A stretch of DNA of 64,000 bases from Deltaproteobacteria bacterium (GTDB taxonomy: Bacteria > Myxococcota_A > Polyangia > Polyangiales > Houyiibacteriaceae), in assembly GCA_034670305.1 (NCBI GenBank), contig JAXMNT010000014.1, positions 32,001 through 96,000 on the forward strand, written 5' to 3'. Position 1 is the first letter of the stretch; every line of letters begins with the position of its first letter. Shown in pieces: positions 54,813-64,000 of this stretch. The notes beneath the pieces were generated by a model, which did no database searches, was not told the origin of the DNA, and saw only the letters and a list, made by a program, of their open reading frames with translations. The position numbers and the translations under genes were made by a program.

Positions 54813-56303
54813 TCAGAAGACGATCGGGTTCGCGCGGCGGCTGGCGGAGTCGCCTTCTTCGCCCTCTTCTTCGGCGTCCTCTTCTTCGTCGCGCGTCACG
54901 TGGACGTAGAAGGCCGAGGGGCGGAACTGGAGCCCGAGGCTGAAGGTCGAGAACTCGTTGAAGAACATCTTCTCGATCGAGCCATCGGAGTCCGGGTGAA
55001 TCGCCGTCGTGCTGTAGCCAAGCGACAGCGTCATGTACGGCGCGACGTCGTAGCCGACGCTCATGGAGTAGGACGTGGTCCAGTTCCAGTGGTTGTCGTT
55101 GTTCTCTTCGAGGCAGAGCTGCTCGCCGTTGGCGGTCACGACATCTCCACCCAAACATGCCTCGGCGAGGTCGTAGTTGCGGGCCGGGAGCGCCACGAAG
55201 CTGAGGTTGATCTGCCAGCCATCGGCGGGGATCAGGGTCCCGAAAATCGCCAGCGTCAGGGTGTGCTTGTTGGCGAGGGCGTCGCCCGCGTCCGGGTTGC
55301 ACTGCCGGCCGAGTTCGGTCGCACCAGTCGAGTTCGCACCGCGGCAGTTGACGGGCGCGCCGTTTTCACCGTCCTCCCGAATCGTCGGGGTGTTGCTGCC
55401 GCCGGCCCACCCGAGGTAGCCGAGCTGGATGCCAGTGATGAAGCCGTTGAGCACCGGGTTGGCGCGCATGATGAGCATCGTCGCACCCATGCCCGCGTAG
55501 CGGTTCATCACCCGACTGAACTTGGAGCTCGGGACCCACAGGTTGAGCGAGGGGATGAGGAGGAGCCCGCCGGGCTTCCACGGGAGCTGGTAGGTGAGGT
55601 CGAAGCGGCTGTCGCCCCACTGCATTTCACGCCGGTTGTGCGTGATCTCGGACGCGGTGAGCTGAACGCTCAGGTCCTGGCGGAAGCCGAGGGAGAGCGC
55701 GGGGGTGAAGTTCCAGCGTGGGCGAATCGAGTACCACGTGCTGACGTTGGGGTTGTAGGTGAGCTGGCCTTCGGGCGTGAGGGTTCGAACCGTGAGGCTC
55801 GGGCTGAACGTGAAGGGTGCGGACCACGGGAGACCGGCGGTCGGGTTGGCGCTCGCGAGTCGACTCGAGGTGCTGAGTTCTTCTTCGCCGTCGCTCGCGG
55901 GTCCGCCACGGCGTCGACGCGGTGTGGGCGTCGCCGCTTCTTCGCCTTCGCCCTCGGCGGCGCGAAGGTCGTCCTCGACGCGGGTCTCGGCGACGCCGAG
56001 TTCGTCGGCGCTCTCGCCAGCCGGCGCGGTGACCGGAGCGGAGACCTCGGGTTCCGGTTCGGAGACTTCGGGCTCGGGATCGGCGGCCGCTTCGGCCTCC
56101 TCCTCGAGTTCTTCCTCGATCTCGCTCGGGACCGCCGGCGGTGCCTCTGCGGGGACGGTGGGCGCGCCGGGCGCACCGACGTTGTTGCCGGGATCGGCGC
56201 CTTCGTCCTGCGCGGACGCCTGCTGCGCCGTCGCCATCGAAAGCGTGGCGATGAGCACGCCAAGCAAAATGCGCAAAGATGCGTTTCTCAAGATCGACTC
56301 CAC
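54813..56303 (-). CDS. secreted/outer-membrane protein with acidic N-terminal region
   Basis: signal ...MATAQQASA, Glu/Pro-rich region, then beta-strand-rich domain; start uncertain. Confidence 0.75.
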   Translation of the reverse strand: MESILRNASLRILLGVLIATLSMATAQQASAQDEGADPGNNVGAPGAPTVPAEAPPAVPSEIEEELEEEAEAAADPEPEVSEPEPEVSAPVTAPAGESADELGVAETRVEDDLRAAEGEGEEAATPTPRRRRGGPASDGEEELSTSSRLASANPTAGLPWSAPFTFSPSLTVRTLTPEGQLTYNPNVSTWYSIRPRWNFTPALSLGFRQDLSVQLTASEITHNRREMQWGDSRFDLTYQLPWKPGGLLLIPSLNLWVPSSKFSRVMNRYAGMGATMLIMRANPVLNGFITGIQLGYLGWAGGSNTPTIREDGENGAPVNCRGANSTGATELGRQCNPDAGDALANKHTLTLAIFGTLIPADGWQINLSFVALPARNYDLAEACLGGDVVTANGEQLCLEENNDNHWNWTTSYSMSVGYDVAPYMTLSLGYSTTAIHPDSDGSIEKMFFNEFSTFSLGLQFRPSAFYVHVTRDEEEDAEEEGEEGDSASRRANPIVF

Positions 56304-56642
56304 CGAAAATCCAAATCCCAACCCAAACCGAGGATGCGAGGGGCGTTTCTCCCACATGCCCTAGGCTTGTCAACGCTCGCCCGTCACGTGACGCACGATC
56401 CGGTGGCCTGAGCAGGCCCCCAGGCGCTGTTACTCAAGATGCGTGCCTACCGCTTCGAAGGGGCCCGATCGCCCTGATCTCGGGGGTTTAGACCGTGGCC
56501 GGCTTGGGAAGACGGGGCCATTCAGGCGCCCCATCGCGGACTGAGATGGATCGCACGGTCCAACCGGAGAGAAAGCCGCGTGATTCCAGATATTTGGGGT
56601 TCGTGCGATCTTTGACGCCTCACCCGTTGGGGTCGGTACGCG

Positions 56643-57149
56643 TCAGCCGTTCGGGTCGGTCGGGTCGTCGAACTGGGGCAAGCCCTTGGTGGCTTCCTCG
56701 TAGTCGTCGAGGTGGGTCATGACGGTCGCCTCCTCGAGCACGACCGGTGCGAGGACCGAAGGCACGGCGGTCGCGTCGTCGAGGATGGCCGCCGGCGCGG
56801 GGACCATCGTGGCGTCGTCGTCTTGGTACGCGGGGATCGCAGCGGGCGGCGGAACGGGGGCCACCGGTGGAACGGGTGCTGGGGGCGTGGGGTCTGGATG
56901 TGCCGTTGCTGCCCCGCCCTGCTCCGGGTGAAACCCGTGGTGCTCCGGTTCGATCGGCGGCTCCTCCTGGCGACGGATCAAGACCCGCACCCCGAGTTGC
57001 CACGTGAGGCCGATCGCCAGGAACCCCAAACCGAACCGTTCCCCGATCGGCGAGTACCGAATGCCGTACGCGTAGGTCAGGAAAAAGATGCCGATCCCGA
57101 TGAACCACAACGGCCACACCGCCGCGTACTTGTCGTGCTCCGAGGCCAC
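56643..57149 (-). CDS. 2-TM protein with Pro/Asp-rich cytoplasmic tail
   Basis: GTG 57149 preceded by TATGCT; two TM segments; DDATMV / DDATAV / EEATVM repeats. Confidence 0.65.
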   Translation of the reverse strand: MASEHDKYAAVWPLWFIGIGIFFLTYAYGIRYSPIGERFGLGFLAIGLTWQLGVRVLIRRQEEPPIEPEHHGFHPEQGGAATAHPDPTPPAPVPPVAPVPPPAAIPAYQDDDATMVPAPAAILDDATAVPSVLAPVVLEEATVMTHLDDYEEATKGLPQFDDPTDPNG

Positions 57150-57210
57150 TGCGCGGGAGCATAGCGTGTCGTCCGCACTTCCGGCCCAGCGGTTGACGTA
57201 TCCTGGCTCC

Positions 57211-57867
57211 GTGACCGCGCCCGCCATGAAGAAGTTGGACTTTGTCCGCCGCCCTCCCGAAGAGATGCGCAAACGCGCCGCCGGGTTCCACACCGATCTG
57301 GTTCGCCGCCGTTCGGTCCGACACTTCTCTACGGAGCCGGTGCCGCTCGACGTGCTCGAGCGCTGCATCGAAACCGCCGGGCAGGCCCCGAGCGGCGCCA
57401 ACAAACAGCCGTGGCGTTTCGTGCTGGTGACCGACCCGGCGGTGAAGACGAAGATCCGGGAAGCGGCGGAGAAAGAAGAGCGCGAGTTCTATGGAGGGCG
57501 CGCGCCGGACAAGTGGATCGACGACCTGCGGGCGCTCGACACCGGACCGGACAAACCGTTTCTCGAGGAGGCGCCCGCGCTGATCGTCGTACTGGCCCAG
57601 CGCCATGGCGAGACCCGCGAAGAGCGGCACTACTACGTGAACGAATCGGTCGGCATCGCGACCGGCTTCTTGTTGGCCGCGCTTCACCACGCCGGCCTCG
57701 CGACCCTCACCCACACGCCGAGCCCGATGGGGTTTTTGGCCGAGGTGCTGGAACGTCCCGACCGCGAGCGCCCCTACTTGTTGATCCCGGTTGGGTACGC
57801 GCACCCGGAGTGCGAGGTGCCGGACATCTCCCGCAAGCCGCTCGAAGAAATTCTGGTTCGCCGCTGA
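57211..57867 (+). CDS. nitroreductase-superfamily flavoprotein, iodotyrosine-deiodinase-like
   Basis: RRRSVRHFS, APSGANKQPWRF, EKEEREFY, WIDDL, KPFLE, HYYVNESVGIATG, TLTHTP; start GTG 57211 or ATG 57226. Confidence 0.85.
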   Translation: MTAPAMKKLDFVRRPPEEMRKRAAGFHTDLVRRRSVRHFSTEPVPLDVLERCIETAGQAPSGANKQPWRFVLVTDPAVKTKIREAAEKEEREFYGGRAPDKWIDDLRALDTGPDKPFLEEAPALIVVLAQRHGETREERHYYVNESVGIATGFLLAALHHAGLATLTHTPSPMGFLAEVLERPDRERPYLLIPVGYAHPECEVPDISRKPLEEILVRR

Positions 57868-58505
57868 CCCACGCACGGCACGTTCTGGTGGTTGACGACG
57901 ACCCCGACATTCGGGAGCTGATCGCGCTCACGCTCGCGGAGCTCTACGGCTGCACGGTCACGGTGTCGCAGAGCGGAGACGACGCCCTGACGCGGCTTCG
58001 TTCAGGCGCCGTCCGGCCGGACCTGATCCTGCTCGATCTGCAGATGCCGGGCATGGGCGGGGCGGAGGTGCTGCGGGAACTGAAGTCGCGCGGCGCGAGC
58101 CGGCACATCCCGGTCGTGCTGTTGACTGGGAGCCAGGACCCACACGGTCTGCGGGTTGCACGCACCCTTCTCAAACCGATCGACATCGAGCAACTCGGGG
58201 AGCTGCTCGAGTCGGTGGCGGCCGCCAAACCCCCGAGCCTCGACGACAAGGTCTCTGCGATCCGGGCGCGGTTCCTTCGTGGCGCTCGGGAAACTGTGGC
58301 GGGCTGGGCAGAGCGCTCCGAGGAAGACATCCGGGCGGACGCCCACCGGCTCGCGGGCACCGCCGGACAGCTCGACCTGCAAGAGATGGCCGATCTGTTT
58401 CAGGCGATCGAACGCGACGTGGGGACCCGTTCGGTGGCGGCGGAGATCGAGGCGCTCCGAACGCAGCTGTCGGACGACGCCCCGATCGAACCCTCACCGT
58501 TCTGA
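57864..58505 (+). CDS. response-regulator receiver fused to an HPt-like domain
   Basis: VLVVDDD, LLDLQMPGMGG, VVLLTG, LLKP; C-terminal AHRLAGTAG; start uncertain (in-frame CTG overlaps upstream stop). Confidence 0.8.
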   Translation: MTHARHVLVVDDDPDIRELIALTLAELYGCTVTVSQSGDDALTRLRSGAVRPDLILLDLQMPGMGGAEVLRELKSRGASRHIPVVLLTGSQDPHGLRVARTLLKPIDIEQLGELLESVAAAKPPSLDDKVSAIRARFLRGARETVAGWAERSEEDIRADAHRLAGTAGQLDLQEMADLFQAIERDVGTRSVAAEIEALRTQLSDDAPIEPSPF

Positions 58506-58509
58506 CCGC

Positions 58510-60498
58510 TCAGGGCACGGCAGCCGCGGCGGCTTCTTTGTCCGCCGAGCGAAGCACCCGTCGAAGCGTCGCCGCCAACGCGTCGGGCCGGATGGGCTTC
58601 AAGAGGAACGCCTTGACCCCGAGCCGGGACAAGACGAGCCAATCGGCCGCGGTTCCCGTACCAGTCAGAACCACGAGCGGCGGTGGAGAGGCGAAGTCGG
58701 AACGCACGAGGGCGGCCACCTCCATGCCGTTCTGATCGGGCAGCTGCAGATCCAACAGCACCACGTCGTACGTGGATTGTGCGAGCGCGTTGAAACACGC
58801 CTCCGCGGTACGAACCGAGTCGATCTCTCCGCGCGGAAACGCCGCCTCCAAATACACCGTCATCAGGTCGGCGAACTCCGGGTCGTCTTCGACGATGAGG
58901 ATGCGGCGCCGGTCGAGTTCCACCCGCTTGAGCTTCGCGATGGCGTCGTCGAGCAGCGTTCGGAACTCGATGCAGCTGGCCGGTCGCTTCGCCGGGTCCT
59001 TCTCGAGCGCCGCGCGGAGGGGCGCATCGAGAAGCGGATCGACCCCGGGCACCGAACTCGCCCGGGGCACCGGGTCGTTCACGTGCATCGCCGCCAGCCG
59101 CTCCGGCACCTGATGGCTGAACGGCAGTCGGCCCGTGAACAGCTCGTAGGCCACCACACCGAGGGAGTACACGTCGACCCGGTCGGCGAGCTTGGCCTGC
59201 ACCTGTCGCCGGACCCGCTCGGGCGCCAGGTAGGCGGGGGTGCCGACGAGCCGGGACACCCGCGCGAAGTCGTCGTTCGGCCGCACGACCCCGAAGTCCG
59301 TCACGCACACTCGAAACGAAGGACCGACCAAGAGGTTGGCGGGTTTGACGTCGCCGTGGACCAGCCCGCACTGATGCACGGCGTCGATCCCCGCCGCGGC
59401 CTGCTGGATGATGGAATGGGCGACATCGAAATCGGGGCGGCCGCTCTCGCGCACGAACTCGGCGACCGAATGCCCCTCGACCATTTCCATCACCAGGTAG
59501 GGCGAGCCGTCGTGCTCCCCAAGCGCGAAGACGCGCGCGACGTTCGGGTGTTGCACCTGCGCCATCGCACGGGCTTCCCGCTGAAGATCCACGCTCATCC
59601 GATCATGCAGCAACTTGATGGCGACGGGGCGCTCGAGCCGCATGTCGAACCCGGACAGCACCGCACCGAACCCTCCGCGTCCGAGACTGCCGCGGACCTC
59701 ATAGACGTCCCCGAGCAACGTGCCGTACGGGATCTCGAGCGGTGGCGGAGCGACCGAGACTCGGAACTGCTTCCACTCGGCGATGAGGTCCTGGAGCGAG
59801 CCACGATCGGCGGGATCGGGCTCCAAGCAGTGTCGAAGCACCGGACCGAGCCCAGGAAAGTGATCGACCTCGATCTGGGAGACATCGGCCGGTGGCGGCG
59901 ACCCGGTGGCAAAGAAGTGCGCCACCGCCGCGAGGCTGAAGACATCGGTGCGGGGGTCCAGGTGGTCGGTCGCAGGTGCCGCGTAGTTCGGGTCTCTCTC
60001 CCCCGACCTCCCCGCGAGGAGCGCCCCCTCCGTACCGATGCTTCCGAAGCCGAGCAGTTTCACGCTCCGTTCGGTCTGATGGTGTTGCACGAACACGTGC
60101 CGAGGCTCGACCGAGCCGTGGACGAATCCGAGTTCGTGGGCGGACCGAAGCGCCTGCGCGAGCTCTCCCACCCAGCCCACCATCTCGTCCATGCTCGGCG
60201 GCGCGACCCCGACCTCCTCGGTGGCGAGCGCCCCGATCAATGGCTCCATGACCACGTAGGCGCGGTCCGACGAGAGGACCAGATCGTACACGCGCATCAG
60301 GGCGGGTTCGTTGCCGGCGCCGCCGAGAATGCGCACTTCGCGCTCGAGCGCGGTGCGCCGGGCGGGCTCTACTTCGCCTTCCAGCAGCTGCACGCTGACC
60401 GCCCGATCGAGTCGGGTGTCCTTTGCGTGAAACCATACCGATCCACGATCCCGCGCGAACGACTCGCCGAGTTCATACCGTCCCCCGAGTGGCATCAT
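58510..60498 (-). CDS. pseudokinase + Ser/Thr kinase + receiver domain protein
   Basis: domain 1 degenerate (VSVQ, HGSVEPRH, LGFG); domain 2 intact (GRGGFG, VAIK, HGDVKPAN, DFG, APE); REC ILIVEDD...LLDLQLP...LKP. Confidence 0.88.
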   Translation of the reverse strand: MMPLGGRYELGESFARDRGSVWFHAKDTRLDRAVSVQLLEGEVEPARRTALEREVRILGGAGNEPALMRVYDLVLSSDRAYVVMEPLIGALATEEVGVAPPSMDEMVGWVGELAQALRSAHELGFVHGSVEPRHVFVQHHQTERSVKLLGFGSIGTEGALLAGRSGERDPNYAAPATDHLDPRTDVFSLAAVAHFFATGSPPPADVSQIEVDHFPGLGPVLRHCLEPDPADRGSLQDLIAEWKQFRVSVAPPPLEIPYGTLLGDVYEVRGSLGRGGFGAVLSGFDMRLERPVAIKLLHDRMSVDLQREARAMAQVQHPNVARVFALGEHDGSPYLVMEMVEGHSVAEFVRESGRPDFDVAHSIIQQAAAGIDAVHQCGLVHGDVKPANLLVGPSFRVCVTDFGVVRPNDDFARVSRLVGTPAYLAPERVRRQVQAKLADRVDVYSLGVVAYELFTGRLPFSHQVPERLAAMHVNDPVPRASSVPGVDPLLDAPLRAALEKDPAKRPASCIEFRTLLDDAIAKLKRVELDRRRILIVEDDPEFADLMTVYLEAAFPRGEIDSVRTAEACFNALAQSTYDVVLLDLQLPDQNGMEVAALVRSDFASPPPLVVLTGTGTAADWLVLSRLGVKAFLLKPIRPDALAATLRRVLRSADKEAAAAAVP

Positions 60499-60565
60499 GC
60501 CGGCCTGAGCATGGCATCTTTCGCCGCCACAACGAACCAACCGGGTTCGTTGTGGTGGACCCTCC

Positions 60566-63500
60566 CTACCTAGGGACGCTCTGCGGACGGGCCGAGCCCC
60601 GAAGCCGCCGACGCCATCCCCACAGCCCTAGGAGCAGGAGCAGCGAAGCACTGCCCGCCGGGTGGCTTCCCCCAGCCGAACACGCGCCACCGCCGGCGTA
60701 CCCGCCAGGGCCGGTGGGTGTGTCGTCGGTGGGATCGAGGTAGTTCGGGATCCCGTCCCCGTCGGAGTCCTCACGCCCCTCTTCGAGGTCGGTCAGCCCG
60801 TCGTTGTCGCTGTCGGTGTCGAGCCGGTTGGGAATGCCGTCGTCGTCCACATCGTCGTCGGGACCACCAGGCAGCGCGTCGCCGTCTTCGACTTCGGTCC
60901 GGGTCGGGATGCCGTCGCCGTCGTCGTCCGTGTCCAGATGATCGGGCAGCCGGTCGCCGTCACTGTCGCGCGGCATGCCCGCGTCGAGTTCGTCGCGGGT
61001 GGGAATGGAGTCCCCGTCGTCGTCCGTGTCGAGGTAGTCGGGCATGCCGTCGCCGTCCGTGTCGGGACACGACACTTCAGGCGGACCGCCGCACTCCACG
61101 ATGTCCGGCAGCCCGTCGCCGTCGCTGTCGACGGGACCGGAGTCGCTGTCGAGGTAGTCGGGGGTGCCGTCGCCATCCGAGTCGGGACAGCCGGATGCCG
61201 GATCCGAGCACTCCATCATGTCGGGCATCGTGTCCCCGTCGGAGTCGAGGTCGAGCCAGCTCGGCAGTCCGTCGTCGTCGGGATCGTCGTTGCCCAGCGC
61301 CATCGAGTCGTTGCGTTCGGTCAACGTCGGGATGCCGTCGTTGTCGTCGTCCGGATCGAGGTAGTCGAGCCGGCCGTCCTCGTCGGAGTCTCTGGGCGAC
61401 GACGCGCCACCGGCACCGAGCTCGTCGATGGTCGGAATCGAGTCGCCGTCGTCGTCGGTGTCCAGGTGGTCCGGCGTGCCGTCACCGTCCGTGTCCTGGT
61501 CGCCCTCCGGTCGTTCCTCCCGGGTGGGGATCGAATCGCCGTCGTCGTCCGGGTCGAGGTAGTCCTCGGTGCCGTCGTCGTCGGTGTCGGGGCAGCCATC
61601 CGCTGGATCGCCGCCGCACTCCACCACGTCCGCGATTCCGTCACCGTCCGTGTCGACCACGACCGAGTCGGGGTCGAGGTAGTCCGGGATTCCGTCGTCG
61701 TCGAGGTCGAGGCGGCCTTCCACGAGGTCGCTCGCTCCGTCCCCGTCGCTGTCGGTGTCCAGGTAGGCCGGGATCCCGTCGTCGTCGGGGTCGCCGAACA
61801 TGGCGACGTCCATGACCTCTTGCGCGGTGTCGATTCCGTCCGCGTCGTCGTCGGTGTCCCGCCAGTCCGCCGGTTCGGTCATGTCGCGGTTCGGAAGGGG
61901 CGCCATGACGCCGCCGTCGTCCGGATCGAACGCATCGTCGAGTCCGTCCATGTCGGTGTCGTCGCCCGAAGGCTCCCGATCGGCCACTCCATCGGCGTCC
62001 GCGTCGTGGCCTTCGATCGCATCGGGGACCGTGTCCCCGTCGGTGTCGAGGTCGAGGTAGTCCGGGCTGTCGTCGCCGTCGATGTCGAAGCACGCGCCGA
62101 TCGCGCCGCACTCGATCGAGTCCACGATGCCGTCGTCGTCGGCGTCGATGTCGAGGTGGTCGCTGAAGCCGTCCGAGTCGAAGTCGGGCGGTGTCGGTGC
62201 CACGCCGCCATCGTCCAGGTCGTAGGCGTCGTCGAGTCCATCCATGTCGGTGTCGATGCCGAGCGCCGGCGTGTCGGCCGCGCCGTCGCCGTCCAGGTCG
62301 TGCGCTTCGATCGCGGTCGGGATGATGTCGCCGTCGTCGTCCGCGTCGCGGTAGTCCGGGTCGCCGTCGCCGTCGGTGTCGACGTCGCTCTCGTCCGCAG
62401 TGAGCAGCCCGTCGCCATCGTCGTCGACGTCGCGCCAGTCGGGTCGGCCGTCCTCGTCGGTGTCTTCGCAGGCGGTGAAGCCGCTGCACTCGTCGATGGT
62501 CGGGATGCCGTCGCCGTCGTCGTCCGGATCCATGTAGTCCGGATCGCCGTCGCCATCCGTGTCCGGGCAACCGTCGGCCGGGTCGCCGCCGCACTCGATC
62601 GAGTCGGGGATGCCGTCCAGGTCGGTGTCGACGGGGCTCGAGTCCGGGTCCAGGTAGTCCGGGATGCCATCCATGTCGAGATCGACGGTGCCTTCGGTCC
62701 GGTCGGGCACTCCGTCGCCGTCGCTGTCGTCGTCGTACCAAGCGTCGATGTCGTCGTCGTCCGGCGTACCGAACTCGGCCTGGTCTTCGATCTCAGTCGC
62801 GGTCGGGATCGCGTCGCCGTCGTCGTCCGCGTCGCGGAAGTCCGGCCGAGTGTCCGTGTCGGAGTTGCGGCAGGGCTGCGAGGGACACTCTTCGGTGTCG
62901 GCGAGCGTGTCGTCGTCGCTGTCCAGATCCAGGTAGTCCGGCATGCCGTCCATGTCGGTGTCTTCACAACCGGCGGGCGTCGTGCATTCGACCGCGCTCG
63001 GGATGCCGTCGTCGTCGTCGTCGTCGTCGAGGTAGTCCGGGCCCGGGGTACCGTCGCTGTCGCCGAGCGGGAACTCGGTCCGCGTCGGGATGCCGTCACC
63101 GTCGTCGTCCGCGTCCAGGAAGTCGGGCTCCGGATCGCTGTCGTGGTTCGGCGGGACCGCGCCTGGGTCGTACGCGTCGTCGAGTCCGTCCGCGTTCAGA
63201 TCGGTGCCGCTCGGAATGGTGTCCGGTTCGCCGTCGCCATCGACGTCGTGGCCTTCGGTCGCGTCGGGAACCGAGTCGTTGTCGCTGTCGAGGTCGAGGT
63301 ACGCCGGCATGCGATCCATGTCCGGGTCGGCCATGCCCTCGGTCTCGTCGGTCAGCCCGTCGCCGTCCGAGTCCAGGTCGAGGTAGCCCGGGTGTCCGTC
63401 CGCGTCGAAGTCACGACACATGGTGGGCATCGGACACTCTTCCGCGGTCGGGATGCCGTCGCCGTCGTCGTCGGTGTCTCGGTAGTCGGGTCGCGGCGCA

Positions 63501-64000
63501 CCGCCGGCGTTCGGGATCGCGGCCATCATGCCGCCCGCGTCGGGATCGTAGGCGTCGTCGAGTCCGTTGCCGTTGCGGTCTTCGCCGCTCGGCAACACGT
63601 CGGGCGCGCCGTCGCGGTTCACGTCGTGTCCCTCGATCGCGTCGAGGATGCCGTCGTTGTCGCTGTCGGTGTCGAGGTAGTCCGGGTCCGCGTCGCCGTC
63701 GCTGTTGCGTCGGCCTTCCACGCGGGTCGGGATGCCGTCGTTGTCGTCGTCGACGTCGAGGTAGTCCGGCCGCCCGTCCATGTCGGAGTCTCGGCAGGTG
63801 CGCATGACCATCGGACACTCGTCGGCGTCGTCGATGCCGTCGTTGTCGCTGTCGCTGTCGAGGTAGTTCGGCCGGCCATCGCCATCGAGGTCGCCCGGCT
63901 CTTCGATCACGGTGGGGATTCCGTCGCCGTCGTCGTCGGTGTCGAGCCAGTCGGCGATCGCACCGTCGGTGTCCTGAAGCGGCGCGCGGGTGCCGCCGTT
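60566..64000 (-). CDS. giant Asp-rich (thrombospondin type-3-like Ca-binding repeat) surface protein with MYXO-CTERM-like tail; 5' end outside window
   Basis: dozens of DxDGDGxPDYLDxDxDxDG repeats; ends GGGACSAG...LLLLLGLWGWRRR; frame open to position 64000. Confidence 0.9.
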   Translation of the reverse strand, partial: NGGTRAPLQDTDGAIADWLDTDDDGDGIPTVIEEPGDLDGDGRPNYLDSDSDNDGIDDADECPMVMRTCRDSDMDGRPDYLDVDDDNDGIPTRVEGRRNSDGDADPDYLDTDSDNDGILDAIEGHDVNRDGAPDVLPSGEDRNGNGLDDAYDPDAGGMMAAIPNAGGAPRPDYRDTDDDGDGIPTAEECPMPTMCRDFDADGHPGYLDLDSDGDGLTDETEGMADPDMDRMPAYLDLDSDNDSVPDATEGHDVDGDGEPDTIPSGTDLNADGLDDAYDPGAVPPNHDSDPEPDFLDADDDGDGIPTRTEFPLGDSDGTPGPDYLDDDDDDDGIPSAVECTTPAGCEDTDMDGMPDYLDLDSDDDTLADTEECPSQPCRNSDTDTRPDFRDADDDGDAIPTATEIEDQAEFGTPDDDDIDAWYDDDSDGDGVPDRTEGTVDLDMDGIPDYLDPDSSPVDTDLDGIPDSIECGGDPADGCPDTDGDGDPDYMDPDDDGDGIPTIDECSGFTACEDTDEDGRPDWRDVDDDGDGLLTADESDVDTDGDGDPDYRDADDDGDIIPTAIEAHDLDGDGAADTPALGIDTDMDGLDDAYDLDDGGVAPTPPDFDSDGFSDHLDIDADDDGIVDSIECGAIGACFDIDGDDSPDYLDLDTDGDTVPDAIEGHDADADGVADREPSGDDTDMDGLDDAFDPDDGGVMAPLPNRDMTEPADWRDTDDDADGIDTAQEVMDVAMFGDPDDDGIPAYLDTDSDGDGASDLVEGRLDLDDDGIPDYLDPDSVVVDTDGDGIADVVECGGDPADGCPDTDDDGTEDYLDPDDDGDSIPTREERPEGDQDTDGDGTPDHLDTDDDGDSIPTIDELGAGGASSPRDSDEDGRLDYLDPDDDNDGIPTLTERNDSMALGNDDPDDDGLPSWLDLDSDGDTMPDMMECSDPASGCPDSDGDGTPDYLDSDSGPVDSDGDGLPDIVECGGPPEVSCPDTDGDGMPDYLDTDDDGDSIPTRDELDAGMPRDSDGDRLPDHLDTDDDGDGIPTRTEVEDGDALPGGPDDDVDDDGIPNRLDTDSDNDGLTDLEEGREDSDGDGIPNYLDPTDDTPTGPGGYAGGGACSAGGSHPAGSASLLLLLGLWGWRRRLRGSARPQSVPR

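Noticed and set aside
56400-56615. Riboswitch upstream of the outer-membrane gene
   Set aside because: A 9-bp inverted repeat (GATCGCACG...CGTGCGATC) exists, but I cannot match any riboswitch core; an Rfam scan would be needed.

Overview
High-GC bacterial DNA. The gene content (MYXO-CTERM-type C-terminus, Cys/Asp-rich surface lipoproteins, eukaryotic-type Ser/Thr kinase, vWA lipoprotein) points to a myxobacterium (Myxococcota); this is inference. The first 25 kb hold a complete but dispersed reductive pyrimidine-catabolism set (mmsA, beta-ureidopropionase, hydA, class III aminotransferase, preT, preA, NCS2 nucleobase permease), broken up by unrelated genes and simple-sequence or REP-like repeats. 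Next come an ECF sigma/cytochrome c pair with mirror-image promoters, an acetate kinase-PduL fusion, and a LysR-linked, translationally coupled SGNH / ferritin-like+SxtJ-like / O-carbamoyltransferase / SxtK-like operon. A stand-alone HUH Y1 (RAYT-like) transposase at 40.6-41.3 kb lies between two ~175-210 bp diverged inverted repeats. Other mobile-type features are several hairpin repeat families and a CTAG-flanked MITE. The right third encodes a pirin-GNAT fusion, an N-terminally truncated MurE-like ligase, an ALDH, outer-membrane proteins with sigma54 promoters, an iodotyrosine-deiodinase-like nitroreductase, a pseudokinase-kinase-receiver protein and the 3' part of a giant Asp-rich surface protein. 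No rRNA, tRNA or CRISPR array was seen. All calls come from motif reading; no database searches were run.
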